DNA of 64,000 nt from a virus (lineage: Duplodnaviria; Caudoviricetes). The stretch is taken from positions 939-64,938 of the IMG/VR virus record IMGVR_UViG_3300046776_000001; one strand, written 5' to 3'. Under the pieces are notes generated by a model. That model had not been told where the DNA came from and made no database searches. It worked only from the letters and a program-made list of their open reading frames with translations. Position numbers and translations under genes: made by a program. Positions 44,947 to 56,000 of the stretch are shown here, piece by piece. Every line of letters begins with the position of its first letter. Positions within the stretch are counted from its first letter, which is position 1.

Positions 44947-45477
44947 TTAATTAGTTGCCTTTTGTGCAATGCCCAAATGTTTAGCCAAGCGGCTGTCCAA
45001 AATTGGGGTTATTTTGCTTTGCGTTTGGTCTGCATCTTTGAGTGCAGGCACGGGCGCATCTTCCTGTTTTGGTATTCCAGTACCCGCCTTTAGGCTTGCA
45101 ATTGTAGCAGACAGCGACGCAATTTGCGTACTGTGTGACTTGTTAGCAGTTTCAATTTGAGCGGTCAATGCGGCAATACTTTCATCGCGGTTGTTTATTT
45201 CCGTTTGTGATGCCGTAATTTGATCCGTCATTGACTGTATAGTCGTGTCACGGTCTGCAAGTTGCTGCGTAAGGTCGTCAAGATTTGCTTGAAAACCGTT
45301 TAGGCGTTCGGTCATTTGCGCAACCTGTGCCGTAAGTGCGTCAACACCCGCGTTGCTCAAAATTTCGGGCAATGTTTGTTTTTGCTCCGAAAGAATATTA
45401 TCAATTTCGGCCTCAGTCGCTTCCGGCTTTCCGAAAAATTGGCGTAAGCCGCTTAAAATAGAATCGTAAAATTTCAT
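44947..45477 (-). CDS. scaffolding protein
   Basis: Long coiled coil between protease and capsid genes. Confidence 0.7.
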   Translation of the reverse strand: MKFYDSILSGLRQFFGKPEATEAEIDNILSEQKQTLPEILSNAGVDALTAQVAQMTERLNGFQANLDDLTQQLADRDTTIQSMTDQITASQTEINNRDESIAALTAQIETANKSHSTQIASLSATIASLKAGTGIPKQEDAPVPALKDADQTQSKITPILDSRLAKHLGIAQKATN

Positions 45478-45486
45478 ACTGTTGTA

Positions 45487-46383
45487 TTATTTTGTCATTT
45501 TTTTAGCGCGCTTCATTGCGTATTGGAAATTTCCTATACTGTCAATTAAACCGCGTTGTTTTGCTTCGTTTGCCGGGAACATTGCACCCGATAATGTTTT
45601 GCCTATATTGCTTGCACTGCCTGTTAAACGACGTGCGCTTTTTACTTCGTTGTGGAATTGCGTAGTAAGTTGGTCAATGTATTCTTGCAATTTGCTGCTA
45701 TCGCCATCAATTAACGCCCTTTGTCCGCCGTTCTTTTCAGGCGTTTGTGTGGAATAAATAAACTGGTAACGTTCGCGGTATTCCTGCAATACGGCTTTGT
45801 CGATTGGAATAAACGTGCCAAGACTGCCAAATTCCGCCGCTTCTCCCGATGCGATCTTTTCATCTACGCCAACAAGTCCGCGATATGCCGCCGACGCTTC
45901 CATATGCGACCAACTAATTACAGGTTTGTTTCTTTCTGATATTGCAACCTGCAACTTTGCCCCTGCTATGCTTTCACCGCCGCCGCTTTCGCTTTCGATA
46001 ATAATGCTGTCAATATTCGGGTTTTCGTATGCGTCACGTAGCCAACCCGTAAATGTGTCCATTCCGTAACTACTAATGCCATCCTGCGAACGCATAACGC
46101 CCTGTAATTTCAGTAAAGCAGTTGATCCGCGTGGTATAGCGTCGTTTCTTTGTAGGTTCATTGCGCTAACGAGTGCGCTTTGTGGCGTAACAATTTGCGG
46201 CAAAGATTTTTCGCGACGTTTTGATATGCCCAATTCAGCAAAAGGAACGCCCGCCTGTAACATTGCTAATTCAGAAAAATAGCCGTTTAAAGCCGTCCAT
46301 CCAAACGCCTCGTTTACCTCCCATACCTGTACGGATGAAAGTGCTAATTCAATCGCGTTATTTAAAAATTGTCGCTGCTCCAT
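45487..46383 (-). CDS. prohead protease, S49 family
   Basis: ESESGGGE, ASAAY, GSLG, GAMF.A.EA..RGLIDSIG. Confidence 0.85.
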   Translation of the reverse strand: MEQRQFLNNAIELALSSVQVWEVNEAFGWTALNGYFSELAMLQAGVPFAELGISKRREKSLPQIVTPQSALVSAMNLQRNDAIPRGSTALLKLQGVMRSQDGISSYGMDTFTGWLRDAYENPNIDSIIIESESGGGESIAGAKLQVAISERNKPVISWSHMEASAAYRGLVGVDEKIASGEAAEFGSLGTFIPIDKAVLQEYRERYQFIYSTQTPEKNGGQRALIDGDSSKLQEYIDQLTTQFHNEVKSARRLTGSASNIGKTLSGAMFPANEAKQRGLIDSIGNFQYAMKRAKKMTK

Positions 46384-46396
46384 GTTTTTATAGGGG

Positions 46397-46404
46397 CAAA
46401 GTTA
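46397..46404 (-). promoter_or_regulatory. Head-operon promoter -7 box TAACTTTG
   Basis: Consensus -7 box 14 nt upstream of the protease ATG; same octamer at 59216-59223. Confidence 0.55.
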
Positions 46405-46518
46405 TTGCCAAACACTACCTATAATTATTTTTTTGGCTCTTTGTGTGAATTGCTGTACATTGTTTTTAAATAATGCGTATATTTGCAGTGGAATTAATAA
46501 CAAACTAAAATAAAAAAT

Positions 46519-46770
46519 ATGGCTTGTATCGTAGGATTGCCGCCTTTAGAAAATTGCGACAAAAGCATAAAGATTACATTTTCGGTATTGCGTGGAATTG
46601 TATCCGATGTTCTATACTTAGAAAATACAGTATCTTTTAAGGTCGGCCAACACGGGCAAATTGTAACGGTATATAATTATATTGGCGAACAATGGCTCAA
46701 AAATGGCATGATAGTAGAAGTTGATTTTGACCAAAAAGAAATTACGGAGTTAATTAACGAACAAGATTAA
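46519..46770 (+). CDS. hypothetical protein (plus-strand moron)
   Basis: Own promoter TATATTTG at 46478-46485. Confidence 0.7.
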   Translation: MACIVGLPPLENCDKSIKITFSVLRGIVSDVLYLENTVSFKVGQHGQIVTVYNYIGEQWLKNGMIVEVDFDQKEITELINEQD

Positions 46771-46792
46771 CGCCCTAAAAAGTAAATAAATT

Positions 46793-47014
46793 ATGATATT
46801 TAAAGTACAGGAAATTGACGTAAGAATACCGGAAATTTATTTTTTCACCAATCGCGTTCAAAATGCGCGCGTAATTCACACCGTTGTACTTCATTGCGCT
46901 GAAAACGACACACATATAAACTTAAAATTTGCAGACCAAAACGATGAAGTTTTGCAAAAGTACAGAAAGGCGTATTTTGAAAACAAAGATATTATTGTTG
47001 ATATAAAAATTTAA
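46793..47014 (+). CDS. hypothetical protein (plus-strand moron)
   Basis: 73-aa ORF. Confidence 0.7.
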   Translation: MIFKVQEIDVRIPEIYFFTNRVQNARVIHTVVLHCAENDTHINLKFADQNDEVLQKYRKAYFENKDIIVDIKI

Positions 47015-47019
47015 AAGGC

Positions 47020-47397
47020 ATGAATAAAGACGTTGCTATAAAAAATTTTTCCGCCGCGCAAAGAGAAAAAACAATAAAGGCTATTGGTTTGCTAAATTAT
47101 AACAGCAATTTCATAGCCGAAAAAATGAACACCGATTATATTTTTGCTCAATTTTGCGAAGACAAGGTATCTGTTTTGCGTCACATTATTGAAACAATAG
47201 AAAACAGGGTATCAACTGACGATGATTGGCGGCAATTAACTATTGAGCAAATGCAGGGCAATGAGGTATCAATGGTAAAAAAAGAGGAAATTTACTATAA
47301 GCAAAAGCACGTCGGCACGATAACATTTAGAATGGAAAACTTTACGGCTCATTTTGATTTTGTGCCAGCGCAAAATAATGATAATCAAGCCCCATAA
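47020..47397 (+). CDS. hypothetical protein (plus-strand moron)
   Basis: 125-aa ORF. Confidence 0.7.
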   Translation: MNKDVAIKNFSAAQREKTIKAIGLLNYNSNFIAEKMNTDYIFAQFCEDKVSVLRHIIETIENRVSTDDDWRQLTIEQMQGNEVSMVKKEEIYYKQKHVGTITFRMENFTAHFDFVPAQNNDNQAP

Positions 47398-47894
47398 ACC
47401 CACTTATAAACCGTCCGATAAGCAACCCCATACTTAACCGCAATTTTGGATATATTTACGGGCGTATCGCTTTGCATATCTGAAATAATAAGCGGGCGTA
47501 CAATTGCGCTATACGGCAAACTAAGTAGTTGCTCTTTTATGTAGTTGGGCAAATCGCAAAACTTTTTTGCATCACTCATGCCAAAACGATTAGCATAAAT
47601 AACAATATTTTTCTTTTGTCGGTCAATATCAACAACGCGAAGTGTAACAGCATTGCGCCGCTTTTCAGTATCAAAAGGCGCAACCGTTATAAATGTTCTA
47701 CCAAAATCACCTTCAAAATAGTATCCTGTTCGATCTTGTGTTACGCTTTCAATTACGCCGTTCGATAACAGACATCCAAAAATATCAGTAGGTAGAATTA
47801 AAATACCTTCGCCCGTGTGTACGCGCTGCCTAAATTCGCCCTCTGTTAAGTTTACATACATCTCAATCCATTCTTTTGCCTTTTCTACGTTCAT
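47385..47894 (-). CDS. protein with C-terminal HTH
   Basis: ISKIAVKYGVAYRTVYKWV. Confidence 0.6.
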   Translation of the reverse strand: MNVEKAKEWIEMYVNLTEGEFRQRVHTGEGILILPTDIFGCLLSNGVIESVTQDRTGYYFEGDFGRTFITVAPFDTEKRRNAVTLRVVDIDRQKKNIVIYANRFGMSDAKKFCDLPNYIKEQLLSLPYSAIVRPLIISDMQSDTPVNISKIAVKYGVAYRTVYKWVYGA

Positions 47895-48598
47895 ATTTTG
47901 TCGTTTTCATATGCCCATTTAAACCACTTAATAATAGGTGCTTCATTGCAGCAATATTGATTAGGGGATATTTTAAGGTCATTGTGTAGTTTCATTAACG
48001 CGCCCCACCTTTGCGCTAAATACAACGTGCGTGCTTGTTTTTTCTGCTCCGTCGTTAGTTTGTCAAAATCCCACATAGGTATCTGTATTTTGTGATCTAA
48101 TAAGGCAAATGGACACGCGTCGGCCTTAACGCTAAACTGTTGCAAAACAAACGCTTTGCAATCCTCTATAATGTTTTCGTACTTGCTTTTAGAGTAAAAA
48201 GTAAAATCAAAATCACTTATATCCTTTTCCGCTTTACCCAATTCTTTACGCATATACCGTACGCTAAAAAGCGAATTACCATCTATATAATCACCATTAA
48301 CCCGCGATCCAGTGGCGTATATTTGTACGCCGGGAAAGTGATCGGCAATAGCCAAATAAACGGCCTTTGTGCTTTCTGGAAATTGGTCAAAAGATAAGAC
48401 CTTTCTGCTGTCTCTAATTTTAATTGCAGATTCGGACGGCTTGGCATCTATTTCAATGCCCGTAACTCTTCTTTTTGATTCTTTTATTGCCCATTTCCAA
48501 TACGATAAACTATTATCATCTGTGACAAAATGGGATATGCTTTTAGGATACAATGCCTTGTATTCATCAAAAATTTGTCTTGCTTCTTGTTCTGTCAT
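47891..48598 (-). CDS. Pol-beta-like nucleotidyltransferase domain protein
   Basis: IYATGSRVNGDY...SDFDF (GS...DxD). Confidence 0.65.
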   Translation of the reverse strand: MTEQEARQIFDEYKALYPKSISHFVTDDNSLSYWKWAIKESKRRVTGIEIDAKPSESAIKIRDSRKVLSFDQFPESTKAVYLAIADHFPGVQIYATGSRVNGDYIDGNSLFSVRYMRKELGKAEKDISDFDFTFYSKSKYENIIEDCKAFVLQQFSVKADACPFALLDHKIQIPMWDFDKLTTEQKKQARTLYLAQRWGALMKLHNDLKISPNQYCCNEAPIIKWFKWAYENDKI

Positions 48599-48608
48599 AA
48601 ATGTAGTT

Positions 48609-51320
48609 TTAATACTCGGTTGTTATTGTGCAGTTTTCCGGCTCGCTATACGTTTCACCTCCGTAGCCAAACGCGCTGAAACCCGATCCGAACCACGTCT
48701 GCTGCTGTATGCTTTCGGTGTATCTGTAAATTACCTCTGTTGCGTTTGATATTTCGATTATAAAACCTTGACAAACTGGCTTTTTAATTGTAAAAAACCT
48801 CGCACCTTTTACGGGATCTAATCTATACGCATACTCAAAAGACATATAAGGCGCACCGACACTATTCAATGTGTCAACTAGGTTTGAAACATACGGTTTA
48901 CCTAAAATATTTATTATGCGAATAACACCAAAACCGACCGGGTCAGTAATTGCACTAACTCCGTCAACCTCAAACTTTGTTATTGTTAGCGCGTCAAGTG
49001 TAGTCTGTCTCAAAAATTGCCCAAAATCTTGGTAGTATTCGCACTTAGAAAACTGACAACCGCACGGCAATTCGCAGCACTCACTTTCCGTTGGTGGTAT
49101 AAAAAATGTGGCTGGTGTTGGTATATTTGAGCAACCCACAAAGTCGCGTATTTGCGTCATAGGGGCATTGATCGGCCTACCTCTAAACATAAACCTATAA
49201 TTGCGTCTAAAGTCAACTGCATTGTAAAAATTCATGCTCATTAACATTAGTAAATCAATCTCAAAACCGCCCTTTAATTCGTTAGATATGTTTAGGTAAA
49301 AAGTATTAAACATATCCGTATCGCTGTTTGGCGTAAACGGCACGTTATACACTTGCTTTTCAAATACCAAATTTCCGTAAAAATCTGGTGCAGGCTCTAA
49401 CACCCGCGTCGGTAACATAGATGCGTACGCAAATTGATTAATTAATCCTACATTTGTCGGGCTTGGTTTTGTAGTAAAAAAGAACGAGGCAAATTCATCT
49501 AAAAAATTAGTAACGTTTGGATTTTTCTGCTTTACTGAACCATAGGCATAAAACAGGCGCGGCGCAATCCTAAACGATCTTTGCCGCTGGTCATTGTCCC
49601 ATAGCCTAGGGAATACCGCACTTGATCCGACTTTCCCTGGTCCAAAAATCTCAAAACCATCATGCAATAAGTCATCTACACCCTCCAAGGTTGGCTCAAA
49701 AACAGGGTTATATATTTCCGTTGTTTCATCGGGCAACAAATTACTGTTTAGTATTTTACGGCGGTACGGCTCTTTTGTAAGTTTTAGCGAATCAATGTAA
49801 CTATCTGTGCTATCCTTAAATCCTACCTCTAAAAATCTTCTTTGTTCACCGTTAACCGCCTTTGGTTGTTCGCTACCCTGTACAACAAGTTCAGATATAT
49901 CAACACTTGGCTGTTCATCTAACAAAAACCCTGCTACGTTTGTGCCGAACACATTAACCCCGTTCTTTGGGTATAGTGTAACGGTTTTTGTTACTTCGTC
50001 TGTTGCGGCTTGTGATCTTGTTAGGTGACAAAACGCCTTGAAATAGTCAAGCAAAAAGCGTTCATTTTCTACTGCTTTTTGTATGTTTATTGTTTGCCCG
50101 GTATAAAAACTTTTGTCATCAGGATATACGCGACCGCGTGAACCTGCTTTAATTGTTAGTGATAGCGTGTCTAGTTCCGGCAAACGAATAGCGGCTTTTT
50201 GCCCCGGCTGCAACGTTACGGTAATTCTAACAAAACATTCTTTTTCACTACCCGCCGGAATGCTTACCGTTACATCTTCGCCAATTATTTCACCTGTAAA
50301 AATTCCGCTTGTTCCGGAGTCTAATTCAGCAACATGGAAAGTAATATTTTGAGCAGACCCGCTTGGACTTGACACAACACCCGCAAACTCAAATGTATAT
50401 TGATATGCAATGCCTAATGTGTTTTGTATGCCCGCTAAAAATATAATACCGCCCAAAACAAGGTTATCCATGTTTGAGAAATCCAAAGTATTAAACGGTA
50501 TGCCGGAAAATTGCAAGAAACCGCCCGAACCTACAATATCAACAGTTTGTAGTGTTGACACGGCTTTTTGCGAACCCGCTTTATAGTACTCCTCATTTAG
50601 AATATAAACATAAAGACCTGCGACTAAATCACTATCAAATATTAACCCGTCAAGCGTCCAGCCTATTTCACAAAACCCTTGCTTTAAAAGGTATGGAAGC
50701 GATATAAGCGGGCGTAAATCTTCTAATGCTAACGCCTTAAATCTAGTCGTTTGGCTATCATTTACAGGTAGCGATCTGTCGCACCAGTTACCGTAATCCA
50801 TCGGTGGCCATATCCAAACCGCGTCACCATTTTGATTTTTCCATTTGCTTAGCAACCAGTTTGCGTCAATATTTTCTTTTGTCAGTTCAAATGTACCGTA
50901 ATCAATTGTGTTAACTTTTTTTGTTCCTGCCAACTCTATCCAGTGATCGGGAGCGCGGCGCAACTCTAAAGACCACTCGCCGCCCTGCGTTTTTGGTATT
51001 CCGGTGACAACCAACCGTGTGTACTGCAATGGGTGACCCGCAATCCTTACACGCACTTCATAATATTGCCGCCTGTTATCCACCACATTAGGCGTTAAGA
51101 ACTCTACAAAAATAGCATCGTTAGTCGGGTTTGATGGTGCGCTAAACGGTTGCGCCCCGTCTGTTTTTAGTTTATTCGCATTGGTTAATGCCTCTACATT
51201 TTTTGTTAAACGTATAGCCTCGTTGTTTGTAATATCTAACAATACGCTGGTAACTCCTAGCCTGTTACGGGTCGTTGCTGGTAAGTTGTAAAACTCTATT
51301 TCGATGCAGTTATTTCTCAT
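48609..51320 (-). CDS. tail tip / baseplate hub protein
   Basis: 903 aa, second gene after the tape measure. Confidence 0.7.
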   Translation of the reverse strand: MRNNCIEIEFYNLPATTRNRLGVTSVLLDITNNEAIRLTKNVEALTNANKLKTDGAQPFSAPSNPTNDAIFVEFLTPNVVDNRRQYYEVRVRIAGHPLQYTRLVVTGIPKTQGGEWSLELRRAPDHWIELAGTKKVNTIDYGTFELTKENIDANWLLSKWKNQNGDAVWIWPPMDYGNWCDRSLPVNDSQTTRFKALALEDLRPLISLPYLLKQGFCEIGWTLDGLIFDSDLVAGLYVYILNEEYYKAGSQKAVSTLQTVDIVGSGGFLQFSGIPFNTLDFSNMDNLVLGGIIFLAGIQNTLGIAYQYTFEFAGVVSSPSGSAQNITFHVAELDSGTSGIFTGEIIGEDVTVSIPAGSEKECFVRITVTLQPGQKAAIRLPELDTLSLTIKAGSRGRVYPDDKSFYTGQTINIQKAVENERFLLDYFKAFCHLTRSQAATDEVTKTVTLYPKNGVNVFGTNVAGFLLDEQPSVDISELVVQGSEQPKAVNGEQRRFLEVGFKDSTDSYIDSLKLTKEPYRRKILNSNLLPDETTEIYNPVFEPTLEGVDDLLHDGFEIFGPGKVGSSAVFPRLWDNDQRQRSFRIAPRLFYAYGSVKQKNPNVTNFLDEFASFFFTTKPSPTNVGLINQFAYASMLPTRVLEPAPDFYGNLVFEKQVYNVPFTPNSDTDMFNTFYLNISNELKGGFEIDLLMLMSMNFYNAVDFRRNYRFMFRGRPINAPMTQIRDFVGCSNIPTPATFFIPPTESECCELPCGCQFSKCEYYQDFGQFLRQTTLDALTITKFEVDGVSAITDPVGFGVIRIINILGKPYVSNLVDTLNSVGAPYMSFEYAYRLDPVKGARFFTIKKPVCQGFIIEISNATEVIYRYTESIQQQTWFGSGFSAFGYGGETYSEPENCTITTEY

Positions 51321-51326
51321 TTTCCG

Positions 51327-53030
51327 TTATTGGTTTGCGGGGTTTTGTACCGATATGTCAGACAAATATACCGTTGCTGTCATTTCTGCAAATTCGCCCG
51401 CTGAACTTATTTGAACCGTACCGGGGTCAATTATTATTTTCCTTGCAAATTCTACATCTCCGTTTACCTCTTTGATAAATTTAACAGGCGACAAAATAAA
51501 ATCTTGAAACCAATCAATGCTTTCTTTGCTATTGCTTAGTGCAGACGCTCTAATCGTTTTTGTTTCGTAGTTGCGAAGGTTTACAAGTGTGCGACCGCCC
51601 TGCTTGTTTGTTTTATCAAAGTCCCAAGCGCACGGAACGTATAAGTTAACCTCCGTACCTTCACGTGTAACGGATTGATCTACCACATCAACTACCATTG
51701 TGCTATACCCGCCCTGTGGTGTTAAAAAATATACGTCTGTTGACTTGTTGCAATCACAATTAATTGGAACGTATTTTAAAATTTCGGTTACGGACGCAAT
51801 CGGGTTATCTTCAAAATCTGTTAGTATTACCCTTACTGTGTAGTAATCATAAACACTAACGCCCGTAATATCCTCTACGTGACCGGGTGACGTATTGAAG
51901 CATATAGGATAAAACCACCTGTTAGGGTCGGTATTAGAATCCATTATAACGACATTGTCTGCTGCTTCAATTTCGCCCTCAAAATACACGGTAAAGGTTG
52001 CAGCCAATTTGTAATCTTCGCCAAACGTTTCAGAAAAATTATTAGTTAGCCACAACCACGAATAACTATCTTTGCATATCCTAATGCCGGACGGTTGCGA
52101 GGTTAAAAACTTTTGAAGTGTTTGTCCTTCCGGGTATCCGTCGGGGTGATTAAACCAGTAGCGACGCATTGCAAAAGGGTCATTTTTAGGGAATGCAGCG
52201 TTAATGCCTACCACATAAGCGGATCGCATAAAAGTACCAGAACGTGCCACACAATTATCCCTGTAAATCCAACCGTAATTTAGTTGGAAAACCTTCATTA
52301 AACTTTGCGCGTTATCTTCTATACTTACAAAAGAATCTATCGAAAGTTCGGGTAAAATAGTGTATAGTTGCCCCTCTATGTCGGTTCTGTAATCTATGCA
52401 AACAGGCGCAACAGAATCACAAAGGCGGTCAACCTCATGGCCTTCAAATTCCGTTACTGATAGCGGCGTATTTAGGTCGTTGTTATAAATTAACTGAGTA
52501 ACAACCTTAACGCCTGCTACATAAACAGGAGAAACGCCGTTTTCATACCCAACCGTTGCGCCTGCATCCTCGACCGCTGCCAAATCCATTGCCGCTACTG
52601 TAAAGTTTGCTTGCTCCCTGCAATCGTTCCACGTTATTGTTACCGTGTACGCGCTGCCATTGAAAGTTATAGTTTGCCGTGTTGCCCTAGCAAAAAACAG
52701 GTTACCGCGTATCATGTTTAAAAAATTCTCGGACGTTGTTTTGCCTGACGTTGTTGTCCTGAATGAATTACCCGTGAACGCAACGGAATTATTAATCGTA
52801 AAATCGTAGCCCCATATTTTAAACTCCGTACCCGGTGATACTACAATCGTGCTTAACGGGAACGTAGCAATTACAACCGCGTTTTCGCCCGCTGTTGTTA
52901 CCGCGTCTGCGTCGTCAAGTTGCAAGCACCACGTAAAACAATCCGATACCGGAACGGGTACGCCTTTAGGGTCGTCACTTGCAATTGCATCAATCGGGGT
53001 GCTTTGCGGTTCTGTTAGTACTGTTATCAT
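51327..53030 (-). CDS. tail protein (distal tail-like)
   Basis: 567 aa directly after the tape measure; DVYFLTPQGGY motif. Confidence 0.65.
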   Translation of the reverse strand: MITVLTEPQSTPIDAIASDDPKGVPVPVSDCFTWCLQLDDADAVTTAGENAVVIATFPLSTIVVSPGTEFKIWGYDFTINNSVAFTGNSFRTTTSGKTTSENFLNMIRGNLFFARATRQTITFNGSAYTVTITWNDCREQANFTVAAMDLAAVEDAGATVGYENGVSPVYVAGVKVVTQLIYNNDLNTPLSVTEFEGHEVDRLCDSVAPVCIDYRTDIEGQLYTILPELSIDSFVSIEDNAQSLMKVFQLNYGWIYRDNCVARSGTFMRSAYVVGINAAFPKNDPFAMRRYWFNHPDGYPEGQTLQKFLTSQPSGIRICKDSYSWLWLTNNFSETFGEDYKLAATFTVYFEGEIEAADNVVIMDSNTDPNRWFYPICFNTSPGHVEDITGVSVYDYYTVRVILTDFEDNPIASVTEILKYVPINCDCNKSTDVYFLTPQGGYSTMVVDVVDQSVTREGTEVNLYVPCAWDFDKTNKQGGRTLVNLRNYETKTIRASALSNSKESIDWFQDFILSPVKFIKEVNGDVEFARKIIIDPGTVQISSAGEFAEMTATVYLSDISVQNPANQ

Positions 53031-56000
53031 ATTTCAGTTAATTGTATTAGTTGTTGTTTGCGTTCGTTTGTTCTGTCTGCGTCATTTAGCCCCTGTGCAA
53101 TTGCGGAGTATGTTTCTTTCGCCACCTGTTCGGCAATAAAATAAACGCTTTCTTTGTCAATTGACGCTTTCGCCTCTATGTTTAAACTGCTTTGCGCCCT
53201 GCTTTGTGATGTGCTTAATGAAATGCCTGGTGCAGTAGAAAAACCGCCCGTTGCATATCCTGTGCCTGTTGACGCGCCGCGCTTTGTTCGCAGCCTGTCT
53301 AATTCCTTAAACAAACTAGGGAACATTTGAACCTGTGAACGCGGGGCAACATATTCATCTTCATGCAATTTTGCATCAACAACCCTTTCGCCCGTTTCAT
53401 CAACATACGCGCCTTTGCCTGTAAAACCACCGACAGCAAATTTTTTAGACGCAATTAATGCCGTAGTTGCCGCCGCCGCAATACCGGTTGCAATTGCTAA
53501 AGGGGGACTGTAAAGCACCCTAGCAACAGATAGTAAACCGTTTATTGTTGATTCAATCAATGCAATCCGTTTGCGTTCCCGTGCGGCCTCTTTTTCAATT
53601 TCATCCTTTTTAGTTGCGTATTCTTTGTCTATTGCCTCAAGTGCTTGCGCGTTGCCCTGTGCAAGTTCCCTTTTTTTCTCATACTCCTCATCTAGTGCGC
53701 TTAATTCTTTGTCTTTTTCGTCGTCAACTTTTCGCGCCTGTTCGCTTGCAATAGATTGTGTTAGTGCTATTGCGCTGTCAAACGCCGCGTTAATAAATGC
53801 CTCCCTTATTTCCTGTTTGCGCTTTTCAGCCTCCTCTTCAATTTTTAACTGTGCATCTACTTGCTCCTTTGTTAGTTCAATTTTCTGTTGATTAGCCGCC
53901 CTTATTAACTGATTTTTTATTTCCTCCGTTTCGGCTGTTGTCTCAATATCAAATTGAGAAAATTCGACCGCTGCTTCACGTTGCGCGTCCGTCAACTCCT
54001 TTATTTTTGCCTCGTCAGGTACACCCAATTCTACCGCCGCCTGTTTGCTGCCTGCTTCAATTTGTTGCTGATCGGTTAACGGTGCGGCTCTTAACCTATC
54101 AATACTATCCTGTAATGTTTTTAGTTCCTTTTCCGCTTGTGTTAGGTTGCCCAAAATCTTGGGTATTTGGTCAGGCTTTGCGGCTTCCAGTGACGCTTTT
54201 AAATCGCTTACTTTTTTCTCTAAAAAGTCAATACTACCAATTGCCGCGTCACGCTCTTTTTTTACCTTAATTTCAGACTTACTAAGTCCGTCGTTGTTTG
54301 CAATTATATCCTTTTGCGTTTTTGCAATAACCCTATTACTGTCTGCAAATTGGCGGCGGCGGTCTAGTTCATCCTGCTCTATGTCTGATAAATTATTTTC
54401 CCTATTGTTTGTAATAGCGGTAAAGTTTGCATCAACTTGTTTTAACTTATTTTCAAGTGCTGCAATATCGCCCTCAACTTGCGACCTTAAGGACTTGCGC
54501 GCCGCCTGTATTTCATCTACCTCAATAAGCCCCACATCCTTTGCAACACGCGCAACTTCGCCAAAAGTTAATTCACGAACAAAAGCCCGATCCGGCGTTG
54601 CGTCTAGTTGCACCTGCCTTACTTTCCTGTCTAGTATTTCTTGCTCAATTGCCGCTTTTGCTTGTATTTTTGACCGCTCAATTACTTGATCGCGTAACGT
54701 ATTTGTTAGGTCTTTTTGCAGTATAGTTAATTGTCCAATGCTTGCCTTTTCAAGTTCCTGTTGCGTTAATACGTCTGGGTATATTTTTAGCAAATTTGAT
54801 ATTGCTTGGTTGCGCTGGTCGCGGCTCGCTTTGTCGTTTTTTAGTACATTAAAGTTTTTTTCGGTATTGATTGTCTCTACTGCTAATTGCTTATTTGCAT
54901 CTTCTAACGACGTAGAAAGTATTTCATTCGCCGCGCTCAATCCTGTTGTTTTGCCCGAAAGGTTAAATATCTTATCTGTTGCAACTGCTACGCCGCCCAC
55001 AAATTCAGCAAGCAAATTGATGGCCTCACCTAATGATGAACTAAGTCGGCTATTTGTAAAAAGCGCGTTAAATGAATTAGATAACTTATCTATGCTTGCG
55101 CCAAACGTTGCGTTTTTCTTTTGGAACTCCTGCGTTATTGAATCGGTGTTACCTAGTGCCGTACCTGCTTGCGTTACGCGCTTACTAAGCAAATCCATAT
55201 TTTCGCCCAACTTACCTACGACCTCACTAACGCCCGCGCCGTCAACATCTAATGTTTTGAGCGTTTGAGATAGCGCGGTGTTGCTTAATTCCTTTGAATT
55301 TAATTTTGTGATAAATAACTGTAACGCGCCAAAAATGTCATCATTTACCAACTGTTTAAAATCCTGTGCAGGTTCATCTATTGCCGCCGCAAACGCCTCC
55401 GGTGCTGTTGCAAGTCGTTGTAATAGTCTAACAGATGCGGTACTGCCTCTTTCTGCATTAATGCCTAATTCGTCAAGTGTTGCAGATAGTCCGATTATTT
55501 TATTAGAGGTAACGCCCAAAGGCTGCGCCGCCCCTGCAATACGACCCGCAAAGTCTGCTGTTGCTGACGCACTCGACGCGCCTTGTGCTTCCAAAAAGTT
55601 GAGCGCGTTACCTATTCTTAAAATATCTTCACTAATCTTTTCGCTCTTAATGTCAGTAAGCACGTTGCGAAGTTTGCCTATTACCTCGGTCGTCTGTTCT
55701 GCACTACCTCCAAACTGGTCACCTAGTGCAACATTAAGCGTATCTACGCTTTCTGTAAAATCAAATAGTTCCGCTTTTGCAACCCCTAACTTACCGCCAA
55801 TTTCTGCAATACCTAGTTGATCTACTAAAGATGTTCGTGTGTTGCGCTGCTCTAAAAGGTCTGCAAGTGCCTGTATTTCCGGTATGGACGCGTCAGCCGC
55901 CTTTGCCACGTCCGCTATTCCGTCAGATGTTTTTGCATTTACATCATTAAATTTTGCAAACGCGCCCGTAACCGCTCCAATTGCTGCTGTTACGCCTAAA

